This document shows positions 57,648 to 64,000 of a stretch of 64,000 bases of DNA, one piece after another. A program made the translations under genes and the position numbers. The notes beneath the pieces are model-generated. The model had not been told where the DNA came from. It ran no database searches and saw nothing but the letters and a program-made list of their open reading frames with translations. The stretch spans positions 352,001 to 416,000 of the forward strand of contig OY969934.1 of assembly GCA_963704725.1 (NCBI GenBank), written 5' to 3'. The first letter of the stretch is position 1. Each line of letters opens with the position of its first letter. The DNA is from an uncultured Actinomycetes bacterium (GTDB lineage Bacteria; Actinomycetota; UBA4738; HRBIN12).

Positions 57648-58277
57648 TCAACGCGGCGTGGCGGCCTCCAGGGCGGCCGGATCGGGGATGGTCACGACTC
57701 GGGCCTCCGTGCGGACCAGGCCGCGCGCGGCGAGGCGGCCCAGCGTGCGGCTGACCGCTTCGCGCGAGGCGCCCACCATCCGCGCGATCTCGTCCTGCGT
57801 GAGTGGGACCCGGATGCGCACCCCGCCGGGCTCGCGGGAGCCGTGCGTCTCGGCGAGGTCCCGCAGGCGGCTCGACACTCGGGCGGGGAGCGTGCCGACG
57901 AGAGCCTCCTCGAGCGCGCGCGACGTCCGGTGGAGCCGGGCCGCAACCAGGCGCAGAAGCTCCTCGCCGGTGCTCGGGCTGTGCCGCAGGACCTCCCGGA
58001 GGTTCGGGAGCGGCAGCGCCACGAGATCGGTGGGGCCGACGGCCCGCGCCTCGACCGGCGACGGCCGTCCGAGCAGCGAGCTCTCGCCGAACAGATCGCC
58101 GGCGCCCAGCAGGCCCACGACCACGGACCGCCCTTCCGGAGTGACCGACGACAGGCGCACGGCACCCTTCGCGATCAGGAACAGACCGTCGAGCGGATCA
58201 CCCTGCCGGACGACGACGTCGCCGTGGGGGAGCCGGCGGGGCGTTCCCGCGGCCCACACCGCGACCGGAACCCCCAC
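57648..58277 (-). CDS. Crp/Fnr-family transcriptional regulator (start uncertain)
   Basis: RQGDP, GAVRLS, GDLFGE, LTQDEIARMVGASREAVSR HTH. Confidence 0.88.
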   Translation of the reverse strand: MGVPVAVWAAGTPRRLPHGDVVVRQGDPLDGLFLIAKGAVRLSSVTPEGRSVVVGLLGAGDLFGESSLLGRPSPVEARAVGPTDLVALPLPNLREVLRHSPSTGEELLRLVAARLHRTSRALEEALVGTLPARVSSRLRDLAETHGSREPGGVRIRVPLTQDEIARMVGASREAVSRTLGRLAARGLVRTEARVVTIPDPAALEAATPR

Positions 58278-58366
58278 GGGGCGGAACCCTAGCGCCCGCC
58301 TCTGACAGCCCGTGCGGCGGCGGGGTAGGCTCGCCGTGCCGACGGCACCAGGAGAAGGGAGCAGAC

Positions 58367-58789
58367 GTGGCCAAGCGAGAGCGGGACGCGCTGGCACAGG
58401 TGCCGCTGTTCTCAGGCCTGGCGCCCCGGTACGTGAAACGTATCGCCGATCTGACGGAGGAGCAGCGCTTCATGGAGGGCGCTCGCGTCGTCCGCGAGGG
58501 CGACATCGGCGACACGTTCTACGTCATCCTTCAGGGCGAGGCGAAGGTCGTGGGCCCGTCCGGACGGACCCTGAACCGCCTCCGGCCGGGGGACTTCTTC
58601 GGCGAGATCTCGCTGATGGACGGGGGGCCGAGGACCGCGAACGTGGTCGCCGACACGCCGCTCACGATGCTCGCCCTGCCCCGCAAGGCGTTCCTCCAGA
58701 TGATCGAGCTCGAGCCGGCGGTGGGCGTCAAGCTCCTGAGCTACGCCGCGGGGATGCTCCGCCGCGTAGAGCGCTCGGCCGCGCGGTGA
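58367..58789 (+). CDS. Stand-alone cyclic nucleotide-binding domain protein
   Basis: LAQVPLFSGL, REGDIGDTFYVI..G, GDFFGEISLMDGGPRTANV. Confidence 0.92.
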   Translation: MAKRERDALAQVPLFSGLAPRYVKRIADLTEEQRFMEGARVVREGDIGDTFYVILQGEAKVVGPSGRTLNRLRPGDFFGEISLMDGGPRTANVVADTPLTMLALPRKAFLQMIELEPAVGVKLLSYAAGMLRRVERSAAR

Positions 58790-59142
58790 TCCGCGCCGAG
58801 CTCCACCGGCGCGACGATCCCGACACCGTGGTGGCGATCGCCACGTGGAACGACGGGGACCCCCGGGTCGAACCCACGGGCGACGAGGTCGAGGGCCTCG
58901 ACACGATCCTGCGTGCGACGCCGGTGGTGGTCGACGACGCGTCGCTGCGTCCGCTCGGCGCTCACGGGGACGTCGTGCTCGAGCCCGGCTCGCTCGAGTG
59001 GTTCCGCGCGGCGCTGATCCAGCGGGCCGAGCGCTTGGGCCTGGGCGTACGGTTCGTCGCGGACGAGATCCGCAACGGATGGGACCCGGCGGCCAACTAC
59101 CGGACGTTCGGGGAGCAGGCCCGCAGGCTCGCCTCGTCCTGA
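58786..59142 (+). CDS. Hypothetical protein coupled to the cNMP-binding gene
   Basis: GTGA overlap; VIRAELHRRDD...PGSLEWFRAAL...GWDPAANYRTF. Confidence 0.72.
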   Translation: MIRAELHRRDDPDTVVAIATWNDGDPRVEPTGDEVEGLDTILRATPVVVDDASLRPLGAHGDVVLEPGSLEWFRAALIQRAERLGLGVRFVADEIRNGWDPAANYRTFGEQARRLASS

Positions 59143-59146
59143 GCCG

Positions 59147-62100
59147 TCAGTCCCCGTTCGCCTCCACCCACGCCTTCCCGGCGTCGCAGAACGGGCGGAA
59201 GTCGCACCACCGACAAGGCTCGCCCGGCGCCGGCTCGAACGCCCCCGCCGCGATTGACCGGATCCACGTCGCCACGCGGGCGCGGACGGCGTCGGCGTCG
59301 TCGACCGCGTACGAGCGCTCGGCGCCGTTCGACAGGTAGAGGTACGTGAGTCGCAGGTCCTCGGGCCGCTTGCGCCACACATCGATGCAGGCCAGCGCGT
59401 ACACGTCGAGCTGGGTGCGGACGAGCGGGTCGTCGTCGTCGGGGACCCGACCCGTCTTGTAGTCCACGATCTCCCACGGCCCGTCCTCGTCGGCGCCGAA
59501 GATCGCGTCGATCCGACCGGCCACGACGACGCCCTCGATCGGCAGGAGGAACGAGCGTTCCACGAAGCGCGGGACGGCCCCGGCCAGGCGGCTCCGCAGG
59601 AAGGTGGCGCGGAGCTCCTCGATGCGGCCGGGCCGGCCGGCGAGCTCCTCCACGGTGAGGTCCGGCTCCTCCTCGGTCTCGAGCAGCGTGCCCTGGCCGT
59701 GCGAATGGAGCTCGATCCATCGGTGGATCTCGGTGCCGATCCTGGCGGCCGGTCCCGCGAACCTCGGGAGGGGGCGCACCGTGCTCCAGTAGAAGCGCTT
59801 CGGACACCGGCCGTAGTCGACGAGGCCCCCGACGGAGACGGTCGAGGGGACGAAGCCGCGGTCGTCGGCTGTGGCCTCGATCGCCACGAGGTGCGCGGCG
59901 AGCGTGTGGCGCTCCGTGGCGATCGCGGTGAAGCGCTCGCGCTCGGCCGGCGCCAGCTTCTCGACGAGCGAGACCGGCACGGCGCCGAGCTCGACGGCGC
60001 GAGCCGCCTCGCGCCGCCAGCCGTCGACGAACAACGGGTCGGACTCGTCGGGCCGGGCGGGGCCGGGCCAGTCGCGAACGAAGGCCTCGCGGTAGCCGGC
60101 GAGCGGGTTGGTCTCATCGACCTCCGGGCCGCGCTCGACCGTGGCCAGGCCGCTCTCCTCGCCCCACGCCGTGAGCTCCTCGAGGAACGGGCCCGCGGCC
60201 CGGGGCTTCTGCGTGTCGCCGTACCAGTGCGCGCCGGAGACGAACAGGTTGCAACGCGCGCGGGTCAGGGCGACGTAGCAGGTCCGCCGCTCCTCGATCA
60301 CCTCCTGCCTGCGCAGAGCGTCCTTGAACGCCGAGAGGTTGCCGTCGTACGACGGCAGGATCGCGGCGTCGCCTCGGAGCTCGAAGTCGAGGGACCGGGC
60401 GCGCTCCGCGGGGTTGTGCTGGATCCGGTCGTTCGGCAGCAGGCCCTTGGCCAGCCCCGGCACGAACACGGTGTCGAACTCCAGGCCCTTGGCCACGTGG
60501 ATCGTCATCACCTTGACCGAGTCCGCGTCCGAGGGCTGCACCGGCGCCCACTCCTCGCGCTCGCCGGCCTCGACCGTGTCCACGTAGTCGAGGAAGCGCG
60601 GCAGCGTGAGCTCGCCCTCGAGCGGCGAGAACGCGTGGACCTCGTCGAGGAACGCGGCGAGGTTCCGCCGCCGCGACCGGGCGACGTCGCGCTCCGGCGA
60701 TCCCTCGAGCTCGGCGAGCAGGCCGATGCGCCGGATCACCTCGGCCAGGAAGCTCGGCACCGGCCGCCGAGCCTCCTCCCGCAGCTCGGCGAGCTCCAGC
60801 CGGAACTCCTCGAGCCGGGCCAGGCCTTCGTCCGAGAGGCCGACGACCTCGTCGAGGTGCTCGAGCGCCTCGGCCACGAGGAACGGGATCTCCTCGGACA
60901 GGTCCTCGTCCTCGTCGCGCATCTCGTAGGTCTTGCCCTTGGCCCACGCCGCGACGCGGGCGAGGTCCGTGTACCCGACCCGGTATCGGGGGCCGAGCAG
61001 GATCCGGCCGAGCGCGACGCTCTCCAGCGGGCTCGAGACCGCGCGGGCGTACGAGAGCACCTCGACCACCTCGGGCGTCTTGAGGAGCCCGGCCAGGCCG
61101 ACGATCTCCGCCGGCACGTGCCGCTCGGCGAACGCCCGTTGCAGCGAGGGGAAGAGCCTCGACGTGCGGCACAGCACCGCGACCTCGCGCCACGGATGCC
61201 CGCCGTCGTGCAACGCCTGGATCCGGTCGCAGATCGCCTCGGCCTCGGTCACCTCGTCGCGGAGCCGGACCACCTCGACGCGCCCGTCGCCGTTGTCCGG
61301 CCACGGGTCGAGCCTCTTGTGCGGATCGGGGCGCTGGTTGGCGGGCAGCGGCGAGATGAGGGCGTCGGCCGCGGCCAGGATCCGAGAGCCCGAGCGGAAG
61401 TTGGTGTACAGGGGGAGCTTGGGCGCCGGCGACCCGTCCGAGCGGGGGAACCGGCGCGGGAACTCGAGCAGGTTGTACAGGCTCGCGCCACGCCACGCGT
61501 AGATGTTCTGGTCGGGGTCGCCCACCGCGGTGACGGGATGTCCGCCGCCGAACACGTCCTCGAGCAGCCGCGCCTGGGCCACGTTGGTGTCCTGGTACTC
61601 GTCCAGGAGCACGGCCGAGAACCGCTGCCGGTGCTCGGCGCCGATCTCCGGACGGTTGCGGACGATGCGGGCCGCGAGCCCGATCTGGTCGCCGAAGTCG
61701 ATCACCCCGAGCTCGCGCTTCAGCTCGCGGAACAGGGCGACCGCCTTCGCCAGCTCGATCCGCTCCGTCGCGGCCTGGTAGGCGCGGTCCGATCGGTGCG
61801 CCTTGAGCTTGTCGAGGCGGTCCCGGCAGAACTCGACGATCTCCTCGGGCTCGACCAGGTGGTTCTGGGCCTGGTCGGCCAGGTCGAGGATGTTCGCGAC
61901 GATCGAGGGCTGCCACGACGTCGACAGGTGCTCGAACGGCATGCGGTCGAGCACGCGGGAGCAGAGCTCGACGCGCTGGGCCGGTGTGAGCACGCGCTGA
62001 CCCGGCTCGATCCCCTCGAGCATGCCGTGCCGGTCCACGATCTGCTGGGCGAACCCGTGGTAGTTGGTGATCTCCGGCTCCTCGCCCTCCTCGAGCTCGA

Positions 62101-62383
62101 GCACGGCGAGCGCTCGGCGGATGCGCTGCACCAGGTTCTCGGTGGCCTTGTTGGTGAACGTCAGGCAAAGCACGTTTCCGGGGAGCGCGCCGTCCTGCCC
62201 GCCCGTCTCGCGGTGACGCAGCGCGAGCCAGATCACGCGCGCCGCCATCACCGACGTCTTGCCCGAGCCGGCGCCGGCGACGAGGACGCACGGCTCGAGC
62301 GGCCACGAGATGGCCCGCCACTGGTCCTGCGTGGGCTCGGCGCCGAGGAACTCGACGATCTCGCGGGGTGCTCGCTCGGTCAC
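59147..62383 (-). CDS. adnB: AdnB-like UvrD helicase + PD-(D/E)XK nuclease
   Basis: AGAGSGKT, LTFTNKA, DEYQD, VGDPDQNIYAWRGA, NFRS, TIHVAKGLEF, YVALTRA, GRIDA...VDYKTG, CRWCDFRPFC. Confidence 0.9.
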   Translation of the reverse strand: MTERAPREIVEFLGAEPTQDQWRAISWPLEPCVLVAGAGSGKTSVMAARVIWLALRHRETGGQDGALPGNVLCLTFTNKATENLVQRIRRALAVLELEEGEEPEITNYHGFAQQIVDRHGMLEGIEPGQRVLTPAQRVELCSRVLDRMPFEHLSTSWQPSIVANILDLADQAQNHLVEPEEIVEFCRDRLDKLKAHRSDRAYQAATERIELAKAVALFRELKRELGVIDFGDQIGLAARIVRNRPEIGAEHRQRFSAVLLDEYQDTNVAQARLLEDVFGGGHPVTAVGDPDQNIYAWRGASLYNLLEFPRRFPRSDGSPAPKLPLYTNFRSGSRILAAADALISPLPANQRPDPHKRLDPWPDNGDGRVEVVRLRDEVTEAEAICDRIQALHDGGHPWREVAVLCRTSRLFPSLQRAFAERHVPAEIVGLAGLLKTPEVVEVLSYARAVSSPLESVALGRILLGPRYRVGYTDLARVAAWAKGKTYEMRDEDEDLSEEIPFLVAEALEHLDEVVGLSDEGLARLEEFRLELAELREEARRPVPSFLAEVIRRIGLLAELEGSPERDVARSRRRNLAAFLDEVHAFSPLEGELTLPRFLDYVDTVEAGEREEWAPVQPSDADSVKVMTIHVAKGLEFDTVFVPGLAKGLLPNDRIQHNPAERARSLDFELRGDAAILPSYDGNLSAFKDALRRQEVIEERRTCYVALTRARCNLFVSGAHWYGDTQKPRAAGPFLEELTAWGEESGLATVERGPEVDETNPLAGYREAFVRDWPGPARPDESDPLFVDGWRREAARAVELGAVPVSLVEKLAPAERERFTAIATERHTLAAHLVAIEATADDRGFVPSTVSVGGLVDYGRCPKRFYWSTVRPLPRFAGPAARIGTEIHRWIELHSHGQGTLLETEEEPDLTVEELAGRPGRIEELRATFLRSRLAGAVPRFVERSFLLPIEGVVVAGRIDAIFGADEDGPWEIVDYKTGRVPDDDDPLVRTQLDVYALACIDVWRKRPEDLRLTYLYLSNGAERSYAVDDADAVRARVATWIRSIAAGAFEPAPGEPCRWCDFRPFCDAGKAWVEANGD

Positions 62384-64000
62384 GTCGTCGCCTCCTCGGC
62401 GATCGGGAACAGCGGCTGCCCCTCGGGGAACAGCGGGCACAGCGGCTTGAAGTCGCAGAAGTAGCAGTCGGCGGCCGGGTTGGGGCGATAGGCCCCCCGC
62501 TCGTCGAGCTCGCGGATCCGCTCGATCAGCCCCGAGAGCCGCTCGCGGATCCGCGTCTGGTACTCCTCCTCGCCCGCCGGGGAGACGGGCCAGGCCTGCG
62601 TGACGATCTCGCCGGTCTTCCAGTGGCCCCGCAGGAACGACAGGTCGACGGCCCGGACCGGGCGGAACGCCTCGAGCTCGGGGGCGAGCGTGACGCCCAG
62701 GTAGTAGATCCCGAGCTGCAGGCTCTCGGCCGCCTTCGGCGCCTTGTCCGGGTTGCCGGTCTTGAAATCGGTGATCCGGAAGCCGGGCTGGTGCGGCCCG
62801 ATGCGATCGATCTTGCCGCTGATCGTGGCTCCGTCGAACTCGAAGGTGAACCCCGTCTCGGTGCCGACGGCCGGCAGCTCGCCGAACGCCTCGAACCAGT
62901 TGGGCAGGAGGTGGTCGACCGCGAGCCGCTTGAACGCCGCGCTCACGGCCTTGGACGGGAACGGCGCGTCCTGCCACTCGTCCTCCAGAGCGGCGACGAG
63001 CGCGGGGAGGCTCCGACCGATCTCCCCCCGCTCGCAGCGCTCGATCAGCTCGTGGACGAGCTTGCCCACCCACGCCTGGTAGCCGCCTCGCCGGGACAGC
63101 CCGAGCTCCTCGCCGAGGACGAACTGCAGCTCGCAGTTCTCGAGCTTGTCCAGGCGCGAGAACGACAGGCGCAGCGTCTCGTGCAGCGGCCGGCCGGTCG
63201 AGGTCCAGTCGCGCTGGAACCACCACGTGCCGGGCGTCGCCCCGAGCGCCGCGAGTCCCTCGAGCGCCGCGAGCCGCTCCGGCGCCGGCGCCGCCGGGGA
63301 CGCCAGCGCGCGGCGCCACACCGCGGTCGCCTCCGGGACGGAGACGGGCTCGCCCGGCGTGAACGGCATCGGCGACCACGCGATCCCTCGCTCCTGCACG
63401 AAGCGTGAGCGCGCCCCCTCCTCGCCGGCGTGGGGATCGCTCGCCGTGACCACGAGGCGACGACGCGCGCGTCCCAGCACGGATGCGAACAGACGACGCT
63501 CGTCGGCCAGGCGTGCGCGCATCCGCTCGGAGCGGGTGGTCTCACCCTCGAGCACGGCGAGGTCGAACATCGGCTCGGGGCGCGTCAGGCTCGGGAAGTC
63601 CCCCTCGAGGGCGCCGACCACGACGACCGTGTCGAACTCCCGGCCGGTGGCGCCGTGAGCGGTGAGGACCTCGACCGCGTCGGCCCCGGCCTCTCCGAGC
63701 CCGCCGACGCCCGGGCCCCCCTCGCCCGCCTCGAGCAGGTCGACGAACGCCGCCACCGAGGGGTCGGCCGAGCCGCCGCTCCGCTCGACCGCCCGGGCGA
63801 ACGCCAGGACCGCGTCGAGGTCGCGCCGGACGACGTCCGACGTCTCGGCCGCGGCGACGAGCTGCGCCGAGTACGGCAGCTCATTCCACAGCGTCCGGAA
63901 GGCGTCGATGACCGAGGCCGAGGCACGCTCGGCTCGCCGCAGCGTCGCCGCCAGTACGGCGAGCCGCTGCTCGTCGGGCTCCTCCGAGGTCGCGCCGAGG
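62380..64000 (-). CDS. adnA: AdnA-like helicase-nuclease, 5' part outside the window
   Basis: Degenerate motifs LTAHGATGREFD, DERRLF..VLGRAR; nuclease GKIDRI...DFKTG, QLGIY, CYFCDFKPLC. Confidence 0.88.
   Translation of the reverse strand, partial: LGATSEEPDEQRLAVLAATLRRAERASASVIDAFRTLWNELPYSAQLVAAAETSDVVRRDLDAVLAFARAVERSGGSADPSVAAFVDLLEAGEGGPGVGGLGEAGADAVEVLTAHGATGREFDTVVVVGALEGDFPSLTRPEPMFDLAVLEGETTRSERMRARLADERRLFASVLGRARRRLVVTASDPHAGEEGARSRFVQERGIAWSPMPFTPGEPVSVPEATAVWRRALASPAAPAPERLAALEGLAALGATPGTWWFQRDWTSTGRPLHETLRLSFSRLDKLENCELQFVLGEELGLSRRGGYQAWVGKLVHELIERCERGEIGRSLPALVAALEDEWQDAPFPSKAVSAAFKRLAVDHLLPNWFEAFGELPAVGTETGFTFEFDGATISGKIDRIGPHQPGFRITDFKTGNPDKAPKAAESLQLGIYYLGVTLAPELEAFRPVRAVDLSFLRGHWKTGEIVTQAWPVSPAGEEEYQTRIRERLSGLIERIRELDERGAYRPNPAADCYFCDFKPLCPLFPEGQPLFPIAEEATT

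Noticed and set aside
1-64000. Many long ORFs antisense to or overlapping the called genes (for example 13392-16709 read as one ORF, 30152-33271, 41622-46076, 59699-62464)
   Set aside because: Arg/Pro/Gly-rich shadow frames typical of high-GC DNA; no motifs, and a recognisable gene occupies another frame
59147-64000. Cas4/CRISPR locus suggested by the Fe-S PD-(D/E)XK domains
   Set aside because: The domains are fused to UvrD helicases as in AdnAB; no repeat-spacer array or other cas genes appear in the window

Overview
High-GC actinobacterial chromosome segment (likely a soil Actinomycetota genome from a long-read assembly, given about 8 single-base frameshifts in otherwise intact genes). 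1-21 kb: accessory stress and detox genes (three RibD-C/DHFR-like paralogs, ABC-2 exporter, DUF222-HNH, SARP regulator, ECF42-YCII, ArsR-SRPBCC, AraC-VOC, hemerythrin-like, stand-alone rpsD, ADP-ribosylglycohydrolase). 21-34 kb: alpha-glucan and sugar-phosphate cluster (glgP, gnd, pgi, debranching enzyme, glutaredoxin-TrxR fusion) built around a class III cyclase-ATPase-TPR-solute-binding fusion with non-adenylyl specificity residues. 34-38 kb: lower-GC island with an RHS toxin and probable immunity gene, broken by two IS3-family elements. 38-64 kb: mostly core genes (ECF/anti-sigma, NlpC/P60, tRNA-Pro, ponA, whiB, ridA, selBA, orphan nuoD near a MidA methyltransferase, NUDIX, MBL, a degenerate Crp beside a stand-alone cNMP-binding protein, adnAB). 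Several promoter and operator motifs are readable directly (PafBC + LexA, SigG-type, ECF42, ArsR palindrome, DosR-like box). All protein calls come from motif recognition by eye; no database searches were run.
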